Source: Thermodesulfobacterium commune DSM 2178 (GTDB lineage: Bacteria > Desulfobacterota > Thermodesulfobacteria > Thermodesulfobacteriales > Thermodesulfobacteriaceae). Taken from it: a DNA stretch of 32,000 nt. The notes beneath the pieces were generated by a model. It was not told where the DNA came from, did no database searches, and saw only the letters and a program-made list of their open reading frames with translations. The stretch is from positions 900,001-932,000 of the forward strand of contig NZ_CP008796.1 of NCBI RefSeq assembly GCF_000734015.1, given 5' to 3'. The translations under genes were made by a program, and so were the position numbers. Below are positions 15,496-26,399 of this stretch, one piece after another; positions within the stretch are counted from its first letter, which is position 1, and every line of letters begins with the position of its first letter.

Positions 15496-16704
15496 TTAAG
15501 CATGAGAACCCTCGCAAATAGAAATAAAATTTTTAGAGTTAAAACTCAAGACAGGATTAAAATAACTTCCTTTCTTGCAAAGTCCATAGATCACCCTTAT
15601 GAGCTTATTCATCACCGCTACCATTGCTTTCTTATAGCTCTTAAACTCCTTCTTCTTGCGCAAAAAATACTCCCTGAAATAAGAATTCCAGGTTACTACT
15701 CCTACTGCCATCTGAAAAAGAATGTTTCTGAGCCAGGGACTTCCTTGTTTAGAAATACTCATGTTTATCCTAAATTTTCCCGACTGTTTTATTACTGGGT
15801 CAGTGCCAGCATATTTTATAAGTTTTTTGGCATTGGAAAATCTGTTCACATCCTTAACTTCAGCGATAAAATGAACTGCAAGTTTTGGAGAAATTCCCCT
15901 GATAGAGGAAATGAGCTTTATTTGTTGGTTTTGGTCGTGATCTATTTCTTCAAGGAGCATATTTTCAAGTTTTTGGATTCTTGGTTCGAGGAAGAGTATT
16001 TTTTCAATATAGAAGATGAAGGTTTGGGAAAGATAGGGGTTGTGGATGCCGATAGATTTTTTAGCAAGGTTTATGATCTCTTGAGGGGAGAAGGAGGGTT
16101 TTCTTGCTTTGGAGGTAGAATTGATGATAGAGGCGATATCATCTGTAGAAGCCTTTTTGAGGTAGGAAGCACCGGGGTATTTTAGGAGTATGTTGAGAAA
16201 GGAAAAGGAGAAGATGTTTAAGTGTTTTTCAACTTCGGGGAAGAGAACAGAGAGGGCGTATTTGATTTGGGTTTTAGCTTCAGAGAGTTCTTTTTTGAGT
16301 TTTTGGATAAGGCGGGAGAGGTTTCTCAGGTGATGGTCAGGTGGGAGAGGGTTAAGGAATTGAGGGTTAGTTTGAGCAAAAAGAGCAAGGAGTTTAGCGT
16401 CTTTGGTATCAGACTTAGAGGGGTTGTTTGCGGAGAGGAACTGGAAGAACCTGTGAAGGATTTTTGGGTTGATAACAAAAGCTTGAATATCATTAGCAAG
16501 GAGAAAGTGATAAAGTGGGAGGAAGAATCTTCCAGTAGATTCCATGACTACGATAGGTTTAGGGTATTGTTTAAGGATGGAGAGAAGCTGAGAGAAACCT
16601 TCTTGAGACATAGGGAGGTGTTTGGAGAGGATAAAGGATTGTTGATGGAGGACAGCGATATTAAAAGTGTCTTTAGAGACATCAATACCGACGAAGTAAT
16701 TCAT
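15496..16704 (-). CDS. IS110-family transposase/recombinase
   Basis: 402-aa ORF with 4 amino-acid differences from copy A (A112T, V149A, L228F, L385P). Confidence 0.92.
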   Translation of the reverse strand: MNYFVGIDVSKDTFNIAVLHQQSFILSKHLPMSQEGFSQLLSILKQYPKPIVVMESTGRFFLPLYHFLLANDIQAFVINPKILHRFFQFLSANNPSKSDTKDAKLLALFAQTNPQFLNPLPPDHHLRNLSRLIQKLKKELSEAKTQIKYALSVLFPEVEKHLNIFSFSFLNILLKYPGASYLKKASTDDIASIINSTSKARKPSFSPQEIINLAKKSIGIHNPYLSQTFIFYIEKILFLEPRIQKLENMLLEEIDHDQNQQIKLISSIRGISPKLAVHFIAEVKDVNRFSNAKKLIKYAGTDPVIKQSGKFRINMSISKQGSPWLRNILFQMAVGVVTWNSYFREYFLRKKKEFKSYKKAMVAVMNKLIRVIYGLCKKGSYFNPVLSFNSKNFISICEGSHA

Positions 16705-16718
16705 GGGAGCACCTCCTT

Positions 16719-16921
16719 GTGTGGTGTTGTTGGTATAGTAAAAGTCCCTCGCTCCATCCTCCCATGTGGCAGAGGCTTAGGAAGCCTAACCAACTTATTG
16801 GGAGTTGAGGGACAGGGGGACAGACTCCTCTCGAGGCTTTTAAGCCTAAGAGTTATGGAGTCCTTGTCCCTCTTTATTTTGTTGTTGTCCATATTATTAC
16901 TATACAACGCAACATATATTA
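16719..16921 (-). ncRNA. candidate bridge/seek guide RNA of the IS110-family element (copy B)
   Basis: Sequence identical to 9618-9820; same reasoning as for copy A. Confidence 0.45.
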
Positions 16922-16958
16922 AGCAAAAACTAACATAAAAATTGCAGGAGGTCTTACT

Positions 16959-19405
<2,447 letters not shown>

Positions 19406-19408
19406 GTC

Positions 19409-20062
19409 TTGTTTACAGGACTGATAGAAGGAGAAGGTAGGATTATCTCCCTTCTCCCGGAGAAGGGGGGGTTAATTATAGAAGTGCAAACTTCTTTTAT
19501 GTTGGAAGACACTAAAATCGGTGATAGTATTGCAGTAAACGGCGTTTGTTTAACGGCTATAGAGGTAAAACCCAAAACCTTTAAAGCCCATATTTCTCCA
19601 GAAACTCTAAACAGGACCACCTTTAAATACAAAAAACAGGGTGATTGGGTCAACCTTGAGAGAGCCTTAAAAGTAGGCGACAGGTTAGGAGGACACCTTG
19701 TTTCTGGGCACATAGACGGAATAGGGAAGGTATTAAACATCAATCCTTTAGGTGATTTTTATCAAATTTTAATCGAAATACCTGAGGCTTTAGCAGTTTA
19801 TTTAGTTGAAAAAGGATCTATTGCCGTAGACGGAATAAGTCTTACCATAAACAAGGTAAAAGAAAACTCCTTTGAACTTATGATCATCCCTCATACCTAC
19901 CAGGTAACCACCTTGAAATACCTGAAGCCTGGAGATTTAGTCAACATAGAAATAGACATGATAGCCAAGATGGTACATAAATGGCTTTCTCCTTACCTAA
20001 ACCAGCAAGAAAAAAAATCGCAGCTTTCGTTAGAATTTCTAAAACAACATGGGTTTTTATAA
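19409..20062 (+). CDS. ribE: riboflavin synthase (alpha chain)
   Basis: 217 aa from a TTG start, giving the canonical N-terminus MFTGLIEG. Two lumazine-binding repeats (GDSIAVNGVCLT and GSIAVDGISLT). Confidence 0.9.
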   Translation: MFTGLIEGEGRIISLLPEKGGLIIEVQTSFMLEDTKIGDSIAVNGVCLTAIEVKPKTFKAHISPETLNRTTFKYKKQGDWVNLERALKVGDRLGGHLVSGHIDGIGKVLNINPLGDFYQILIEIPEALAVYLVEKGSIAVDGISLTINKVKENSFELMIIPHTYQVTTLKYLKPGDLVNIEIDMIAKMVHKWLSPYLNQQEKKSQLSLEFLKQHGFL

Positions 20063-20087
20063 CCATCATCCTATAAGGGGGGTAGCT

Positions 20088-20642
20088 ATGAAGGTCAATC
20101 CAGAATTGGAAATTGTAGAGGAGTTAGCTAAACAAATATTAGTTGCAGCAAGGACTGCTCCTAAAGCCAAAGGGGTAGATGATTTGGTTTTTGGTTTGAT
20201 TACTGATCCTGAGGAAAGAGAAAAACTTGCTCAAGAGATGGAAAAAATCGCTGAAGAAAAGGGCGCAGCTTTTAAATTTTTTAAAAGAGATGCAGATAAC
20301 GTCAGAAATTCTGATGCAGTTATCCTTATCTCCCTTAATTTTAACAAACCCTTAGGGTTAGATTGTGGTATATGTGGTTTTAGGTGTGAAGAGCTGGTAA
20401 AACAGGAAAAAAGCTCGCTTGATTTTGACGGACCTGTATGTGGAATAAAGCTTTTAGACATGGGCATTGCCTTAGGGTCTGCTGTAGCCAAGGCTAAAGA
20501 CCTTTGTGTGGACAACAGGATCATGTATACGGTAGGAGTTGCAGCCAAACGGTTAAACTTGATAAAAGGCACCGTAATCATGGGAATACCCTTAAGTGTA
20601 AAGGGGAAAAACATCTATTTTGATAGGCCCCCTGTAAAATAA
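20088..20642 (+). CDS. DUF2148-like ferredoxin-domain protein (uncharacterised)
   Basis: I prefer ATG 20088 (purine-rich AAGGGGGG upstream) over the track's 20049, which overlaps ribE. It has a Cys cluster, CGICGFRC...C. The overall pattern resembles DUF2148 proteins, from memory only. Confidence 0.55.
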   Translation: MKVNPELEIVEELAKQILVAARTAPKAKGVDDLVFGLITDPEEREKLAQEMEKIAEEKGAAFKFFKRDADNVRNSDAVILISLNFNKPLGLDCGICGFRCEELVKQEKSSLDFDGPVCGIKLLDMGIALGSAVAKAKDLCVDNRIMYTVGVAAKRLNLIKGTVIMGIPLSVKGKNIYFDRPPVK

Positions 20643-20649
20643 ACCTCTA

Positions 20650-21270
20650 ATGGCCTTAAAAACCAAGATAAAAATCTGTGGGTTAACCCGCAGAGAAGAT
20701 ATACTGTTTTTAAACCGATTTCCTGTAGATTATGTAGGTTTTGTGTTATACCCTCGATCTCCAAGGTATGTGGGAGAAAACCTGAAACACCTCTTAGGTT
20801 ATGTAAGAGAAGATATCCAAAAGGTTGCAGTATTGGTTAATCCAACCTATGAAGAAGCAAAGGCAGTTTTAGACACAGGTATTGATTTAATTCAACTTCA
20901 CGGGGAAGAAACCGTTGAGTTTGCTAAAAAAATTGGTCTTTCCCGTGTTATCAAGGCTTTTAGAATAAAAGATAAGGTAGAGTTAGACCTTATTGCCCCC
21001 TGGGAAAAGGCTTATGCGATCCTTACGGATACGTTTGTAAAGGGTGTACCAGGGGGCACAGGAAAAACCTTTAACTGGAGTTTAGCCAAGGTGTTGGTAG
21101 ACCATGGCTATAAAGTCTTTTTAGCAGGAGGAATAACCCCAGAAAATGTAAAACAAGCTATTTTAACCGTAAGTCCCTATGCTATCGACCTCTCATCTGG
21201 AGTAGAAATTTCCCCTGGAATCAAGGATTACGCAAAAATAAACAATCTTTTTAGACAGTTAGAAAATTAA
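20650..21270 (+). CDS. trpF: phosphoribosylanthranilate isomerase
   Basis: 206-aa ORF. N-terminal KIKICGLT, QLHGEE and LAGGITPENV are typical of PRAI TIM barrels. Confidence 0.85.
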   Translation: MALKTKIKICGLTRREDILFLNRFPVDYVGFVLYPRSPRYVGENLKHLLGYVREDIQKVAVLVNPTYEEAKAVLDTGIDLIQLHGEETVEFAKKIGLSRVIKAFRIKDKVELDLIAPWEKAYAILTDTFVKGVPGGTGKTFNWSLAKVLVDHGYKVFLAGGITPENVKQAILTVSPYAIDLSSGVEISPGIKDYAKINNLFRQLEN

Positions 21271-21277
21271 TTATTTT

Positions 21278-22480
21278 TTAAACTACATAATAACCTGCAG
21301 AAGCTACCGATACCGCTGAGCCTTGTCCAAAGGGAACAAACTCTTGATGATATAACTTTAACTCACCTTTGGCCCTTAACTTGTCCATAATCAGTTTAGT
21401 AAGACACAGAGTAGAAAGACCGCATACCTTTAAAGGTAGAGACTGTTTGGCTTTTTCTAAGAACTCGTCTTTGGTCCCATTGAAAACAAGGTTTAAAAGG
21501 GTTTCATCGTTTTTTAAAGCTTGCTTAGCATGTTCTTCAGAGACTTCAAAGGGGTCTCCATATCTTAAACCAAGATGACAAAAATCTATCCCTAAGACTA
21601 AGTAGGTCTTCCCATCCTCCATAAGCTGAGCTAATCCTTCAGCAAACTTTTCTGTTAACTCTGGATTTTCAAAAAGAGTAGGCATAGGACCTACCAACAC
21701 AGGTAAAACCATAAACTGGTCTTTTAGGAGATAATGTAAAAATAGAGCTTGAAACTCTATAGAGTGTTCTAAACGGTGAGCTATATGGTCTGGAAATACC
21801 TCTAATTTTTTAGAAGTTCTTAAGAAAAACAACCCTCCTCTATCGTTTTTGATCAGACCAAAAGGGGTGGCCACGTCTTTAGTAAGCACGGAAAAAGGAA
21901 GGTCTAAGTGATGTCCCACCCCTAAAATAATTACCCTCGAGCCAGGTGGTATTTTAAACCTGCTATAACTTTCTGCATAAGACTTAGGAGCTGCTTTTAT
22001 ATCAATATGAGGAGCTATCAAAACCTTAGGTGGTTTACCATCCTCAGAAGACCCAAGTTTTAAAATGTCTTCTATAAAAAACTTAGCCTCTGCCGCAGAC
22101 AAAGGATAGGCAGAATTAGCATGTGCCATAGCCCTAAAAGGATAAGAAAACCATCTGGAATAGGCCTTTTCTTTGATTTCTTCAAAAGTTTTAGACCACA
22201 AAAGCCCTTTTTCATCCAAAAACTTAACTATTTTAACTATTTCTTCCAAAGGGATTATTTGACCAAACTGTTTAGTAGCCTCAGACTGAAGGTCTCTTAA
22301 GTCGTTTTGTCCGTTCATCAAAGCAAGTAAAAAAGCAAGATACTGAGGCACTACCACCAGTTCATCTATAAACCCTAAAGGGTCTCTTAGTAGAAAAACA
22401 GGTTGGCCTTCTTGCTCAGCAGGTATTACATCTACATACCTTAAAATAGGTTTAAAATCTACAGGATATTCTAATTCCAT
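21278..22480 (-). CDS. Memo/AmmeMemoRadiSam-B-like protein with an N-terminal PqqD-like (RRE-like) domain of about 105 aa
   Basis: 400-aa ORF. The C-terminal ~290 aa carry Memo-family motifs (IAPHIDIKAAPKSYAESY, ILGVGHH, EHSIEFQALFL, GIDFCHLG). The N-terminal stretch VFLLRDPLG...VPQYLAFLLALMNGQNDLRDLQSEATKQFGQIIPLEEIVKIVKFLDEKGLL follows the PqqD pattern. Its ATG overlaps the upstream stop (TAATG). Confidence 0.6.
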   Translation of the reverse strand: MELEYPVDFKPILRYVDVIPAEQEGQPVFLLRDPLGFIDELVVVPQYLAFLLALMNGQNDLRDLQSEATKQFGQIIPLEEIVKIVKFLDEKGLLWSKTFEEIKEKAYSRWFSYPFRAMAHANSAYPLSAAEAKFFIEDILKLGSSEDGKPPKVLIAPHIDIKAAPKSYAESYSRFKIPPGSRVIILGVGHHLDLPFSVLTKDVATPFGLIKNDRGGLFFLRTSKKLEVFPDHIAHRLEHSIEFQALFLHYLLKDQFMVLPVLVGPMPTLFENPELTEKFAEGLAQLMEDGKTYLVLGIDFCHLGLRYGDPFEVSEEHAKQALKNDETLLNLVFNGTKDEFLEKAKQSLPLKVCGLSTLCLTKLIMDKLRAKGELKLYHQEFVPFGQGSAVSVASAGYYVV

Positions 22481-23262
22481 TACTCTACCTCTCCGAAATC
22501 TTGTAGGGTAAGGCTTTCACAGGCCTGTTTAACCCTATCTATGGCAGCATAAAATTCTTCTTCTATGGTTCTCACTCTTACACCAAAAGCCTTTTGTACC
22601 GCTTTACGGACAATCTCTCCTTTAAGAAGGGCATTATCCCACCCAAATTCAGCATATTTTTGGTTAACCACCTGATTTAAATCTATCAAAGCTTGAGCTC
22701 TTCTTCTTCTCTCTTCTACCGCCTCTTTTAGAGGTTTTCTTAAAAACTCGTCTATTTTAGATACAAAACTTTCATAAAAACTTGCAGGAAACTTAGGGTC
22801 AAACTCTTCTATCGCAAAACCAAAGGTAATATACATAGGGTCTTTAAAATAGGTAAACAACTCTTCTTCTATCAGATTCTCATCTTCTTTTAAAAGTTCC
22901 TGGTACAGTCTATATGCTTGCTTAGACTTTTCTTTAACGTTTGGTGGTTTCTCGGTGTTAAACTCTAAGATATGATGATACAAACTTTCATCTACAATTA
23001 TCCCCACTATTTCTCTTGCCCCTATATCCCGCATAGCCTCCAAACGATGTTGACCATCTACTACATAATATTTTCCATCTTTATGCACCACCACGATGGG
23101 AGTTAAAAAACCCAATTTTTCTATAGCTAGCTCTAAATGTTTCTTTAAGCTTTCTGAAAGGTCGCGTTGAAAAGGTGGTCTATGAACTTCTTCTATTCCA
23201 AAGACAGCCAAGGTAAGGGGTTGTTTTTTTACAGGATCTTCAAAGGTAGCTATCTCTCTCAT
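22480..23262 (-). CDS. ParB/Srx-fold protein with a DGQHR motif (DndB-like N-domain) and a helical C-terminal region
   Basis: 260-aa ORF. PIVVVHKDGKYYVVDGQHRLEAMRDIG matches the ParB-N/DGQHR core. Strong SD GAGGTGAGG. It starts 27 nt after the ftsZ stop. Confidence 0.6.
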   Translation of the reverse strand: MREIATFEDPVKKQPLTLAVFGIEEVHRPPFQRDLSESLKKHLELAIEKLGFLTPIVVVHKDGKYYVVDGQHRLEAMRDIGAREIVGIIVDESLYHHILEFNTEKPPNVKEKSKQAYRLYQELLKEDENLIEEELFTYFKDPMYITFGFAIEEFDPKFPASFYESFVSKIDEFLRKPLKEAVEERRRRAQALIDLNQVVNQKYAEFGWDNALLKGEIVRKAVQKAFGVRVRTIEEEFYAAIDRVKQACESLTLQDFGEVE

Positions 23263-23289
23263 ATCCTCACCTCTTAGAAACTTCTCTTT

Positions 23290-24417
23290 TTAGTCTGCGT
23301 TTCTTCTAAGAAATGTCGGGATATCAAGCACATCAGTATCTTCTAAAGAATCTTCTTCTAATTTGGCAACTTTTTCTCTCTCTTCTCTTCTTTTTACCCC
23401 TTCTTCTATGTTAACAACCTTCCCGTTTTTCTCTTCCTTTTTAGTAGATTCAAGCCCTGTAGCAATCACCGTAACCCTTAAAACCTCTCCTAAAGATTCA
23501 TCAAAGACTACACCTAAATATACCTTAGCATCTGGATGGATCTCCTTTGAAATCATACTGGTTATTATTTGAGTTTCATGGATGGTAAAATTTTCAGGGT
23601 TAACGCTTATGTTAAGTAACACCCCTTTAGCCCCTGAAATAGAAACGTCTTCTAAAAGAGGGCTGTAGACTGCCATCTGGGTAGCTATTTCTGCCCTACC
23701 CTCTCCTGCGGCTTCACCCATACCCATCAAAGCCATACCTCCGCTATCACTCATCACCGCCTTAACGTCTGCAAAATCAAGGTTTATATAACCTGGAGAA
23801 AGAATAAGGTCAGAAATACCTCTTACTGCATAATATAATACATCATCGGCTTTTTTAAACATCTCTGCCAATCTTTCATGGGGAGAACCAAGGGTAAGCA
23901 ACCGATCGTTTGGAATGGTAATTAAAGTATCTACAAACTGAGAAAGTTCTGCCAACCCCTCCTCAGCTATTTTAATCCTATGCCTTCCTTCAAAAGAAAA
24001 GGGTTTGGTTACTACTGCTACAGTAAGAATTCCAAGCTCTTTACATATATTAGCTATCACCGGAGCTGCACCAGTTCCCGTACCTCCTCCCATACCTGCT
24101 GCAATAAACACCATATCTGCATCTTTCAAAACATCTCGGATCTCTTTTTCGCTTTCTTCTGCGGCCCTTTTACCTATTTCTGGTTTTCCACCTGCGCCCA
24201 TTCCATTGGTAAGTTTTTTCCCCAACTGAATCTTTATAGGAGCTGGATTCAGCTCAAGCACCTTGTAATCTGTATTAGCTACTACAAACTCTACCCCTGA
24301 AAGTTTATTTCTAATCATATTAGCAACAGCATTCCCTCCAGCACCACCTACACCTATTACCTTGATGTTAGGTTGTAACTTAATTTCTTCTTCTATCAAC
24401 TCAAAAGGGATGCTCAT
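23290..24417 (-). CDS. ftsZ: cell division protein FtsZ
   Basis: 375-aa ORF. Tubulin signature GGGTGTGAAPV, GVGGAGGNA, and the C-terminal peptide DIPTFLRR. Confidence 0.97.
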   Translation of the reverse strand: MSIPFELIEEEIKLQPNIKVIGVGGAGGNAVANMIRNKLSGVEFVVANTDYKVLELNPAPIKIQLGKKLTNGMGAGGKPEIGKRAAEESEKEIRDVLKDADMVFIAAGMGGGTGTGAAPVIANICKELGILTVAVVTKPFSFEGRHRIKIAEEGLAELSQFVDTLITIPNDRLLTLGSPHERLAEMFKKADDVLYYAVRGISDLILSPGYINLDFADVKAVMSDSGGMALMGMGEAAGEGRAEIATQMAVYSPLLEDVSISGAKGVLLNISVNPENFTIHETQIITSMISKEIHPDAKVYLGVVFDESLGEVLRVTVIATGLESTKKEEKNGKVVNIEEGVKRREEREKVAKLEEDSLEDTDVLDIPTFLRRNAD

Positions 24418-24420
24418 ATC

Positions 24421-25674
24421 TTAGCCTCCTTTTAAAAATTTTTTTATACCTTGTTTTATCTTTTGTAAAATACCTTCTCTTTCCTCTTTACCCTCGGACC
24501 TTTCTCCATACTTGTATGCATAAAGCAACATACCTACCGCGGTAGAAAACTGAGGATGATAGACCTCTTCAGTGAGACCATAAAGTCTTACAGGATAGCC
24601 TACACGAGCAGGTAAATCAAACATCTGGTCTGCTAAATAGACCAAACCAGGTATAAGGGAAGAACCTCCAGTAATTACCATTCCACTTCCTATCTTAGAC
24701 TTAAAATCAAAACCTTTAAACTGACTTAAAACCTCTTTTCGAAGCTCATTTTCTATCAACTCAAAAAGCTCTTTAACCCTAGGTTCTAAAATCTCTGCCA
24801 AAAACTTTTTACTTACTTTTCTTGGGGGGCGATTACCGATACCTGTTACCTCTAAGATCTCCTCTTCCTCCACAAGTTCTCTTAAACAAACCCCTTTTTC
24901 TATCTTAAGCCTTTCTGCTTCTTTTCTCGAAGTTCTCAGCCCAACCGCTAAGTCGTTGGTTAAGTGTTCCCCCCCTACTTGAATAGAAAACACCCCTCTT
25001 AAAACGTTATCCCAGTAAATCACTACATCTGTAGTTCCACCGCCAAAGTCTAAAAGCACTACCCCCAATTCCTTTTCTTCAGGAGTCAAAACTGCTTCAG
25101 CTGAAGCAAGTCCCTGGAAAATAACGCCATCTACATCTAAATTGAGATTTTCAAAACATCTAAGTAGGTTCTGCAAAGCAGAACGATTACAAACTATAAG
25201 TTTTACATGAGCCTCTAACCTTACCCCTGTCATCCCAACAGGCTGTAAAATCCCTCCTTGCTGGTCTAAAATATACTCCTGAGGGATAACATGCAAAATC
25301 TCTGTTTCAGGGGGGAGATTTAAATTCTGAGCTGACCTAAGGACCTCCTCTACATCCTCTTCTGTCACACACTTTTGTCTTAAAGCTACCACACCCATCC
25401 CAGAAATAGTTCTTATATGAGACCCAGCTATACTCACATAAATACTTCCTATGCCTATTTTGGCCTGAGATAAAGCCTTTTCTATAGCATTTTTGATACT
25501 CTGTGTTGCTTCATCGATGTTTAAAACCATGCCTTTTTTTAACCCTTGAGAAGGAGCTATACCAATTCCAGTAACCCAAAGTTCTCCTTCTCTCTCTTCT
25601 CCTATTAAAGCACATACTTTGGTAGTCCCTACATCTACTACCAAAATTCCTGTCTCTTTACCCATCTTAATCAC
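24421..25674 (-). CDS. ftsA: cell division protein FtsA
   Basis: 417-aa actin-fold ORF (VVDVGTTK, DFGGGTTD, ITGGSS) located directly upstream of ftsZ. Confidence 0.93.
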   Translation of the reverse strand: MIKMGKETGILVVDVGTTKVCALIGEEREGELWVTGIGIAPSQGLKKGMVLNIDEATQSIKNAIEKALSQAKIGIGSIYVSIAGSHIRTISGMGVVALRQKCVTEEDVEEVLRSAQNLNLPPETEILHVIPQEYILDQQGGILQPVGMTGVRLEAHVKLIVCNRSALQNLLRCFENLNLDVDGVIFQGLASAEAVLTPEEKELGVVLLDFGGGTTDVVIYWDNVLRGVFSIQVGGEHLTNDLAVGLRTSRKEAERLKIEKGVCLRELVEEEEILEVTGIGNRPPRKVSKKFLAEILEPRVKELFELIENELRKEVLSQFKGFDFKSKIGSGMVITGGSSLIPGLVYLADQMFDLPARVGYPVRLYGLTEEVYHPQFSTAVGMLLYAYKYGERSEGKEEREGILQKIKQGIKKFLKGG

Positions 25675-26399
25675 TCCCTAAATTTGATTAAGGCTTGCCC
25701 TAAAGGATAGTCTAACCGAATCAATTCTACTTTTTCTGTCTGTCCGTTTTCATAAAGATAGGCCATTATCTTATCGAGGTTCTTATAAAAATAAACCCAA
25801 TCTTTTTCAGAAACTAAAGGGAAATAAATCTTAATCTGATTTTTGGTAACCATAATCATCTTGTTGTCTTCCAATACAATTTTAGCAATGTTTTCATAAA
25901 CCGGCAAATAGTTCTTGTTGTTTTTTAACCAAGAAAGAAATTCAAAAAATTTATCTTTCGATACCTCGCTTTTTAACTCTAAAACAGGGTAAAAGAAATA
26001 ATCTTCTGGTAAAATGCCTTCCATAATCACGCCTTTTTTATCTATTAAAAACCCTTTATTATCTTTTACTATGATAGCCAAGGGTTCTCTTTCCTTGATC
26101 ACCAATTCTAAAGTACCAGGTAAACACCTAACAATCGTTACCTCTTCTATGTTTTTGTTAGCCAGTATCTGCTTTCTTAAATCCTTTAGTGAGATAGCAA
26201 AAAAACGCTCACCCCCTTTAAGTCCTGTAAGCTTGATGATTTCTTCTTTACTTACCCTTTTGGTAGGACTGACTTTAATCTCTTTTAAAACAAAAAGATC
26301 TGTAAAATAAAGTAAATAAACAACCAACCCTACCAAAACTAAAAAACTTATAATTCCCCAAAATACTGGTCTTTTTAGCAAACTAAAACATCTCTCCAT
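25671..26399 (-). CDS. ftsQ: cell division protein FtsQ
   Basis: 242-aa ORF with an N-terminal TM helix and a POTRA-like region (LKEIKVSPTKRVSKEEI). Called mainly from its position between murB and ftsA. Confidence 0.8.
   Translation of the reverse strand: MERCFSLLKRPVFWGIISFLVLVGLVVYLLYFTDLFVLKEIKVSPTKRVSKEEIIKLTGLKGGERFFAISLKDLRKQILANKNIEEVTIVRCLPGTLELVIKEREPLAIIVKDNKGFLIDKKGVIMEGILPEDYFFYPVLELKSEVSKDKFFEFLSWLKNNKNYLPVYENIAKIVLEDNKMIMVTKNQIKIYFPLVSEKDWVYFYKNLDKIMAYLYENGQTEKVELIRLDYPLGQALIKFRE

Larger units (their letters stand above)
15470..16951 (-). mobile_element. IS110-family insertion sequence, copy B (1,482 bp)
   Basis: Identical to copy A except at 15554, 16020, 16256 and 16371. 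AGGAG at both edges (15470-15474 and 16946-16950). Same orientation as copy A. Confidence 0.92.

Noticed and set aside
15314-16958. A SAM riboswitch or other leader element upstream of metK, and an FMN riboswitch before ribE.
   Set aside because: The pre-insertion metK leader is only about 40 nt, too short for a SAM-I/II aptamer, and I see no conserved aptamer helices. ribE follows ahcY after 3 nt, so there is no room for a riboswitch.
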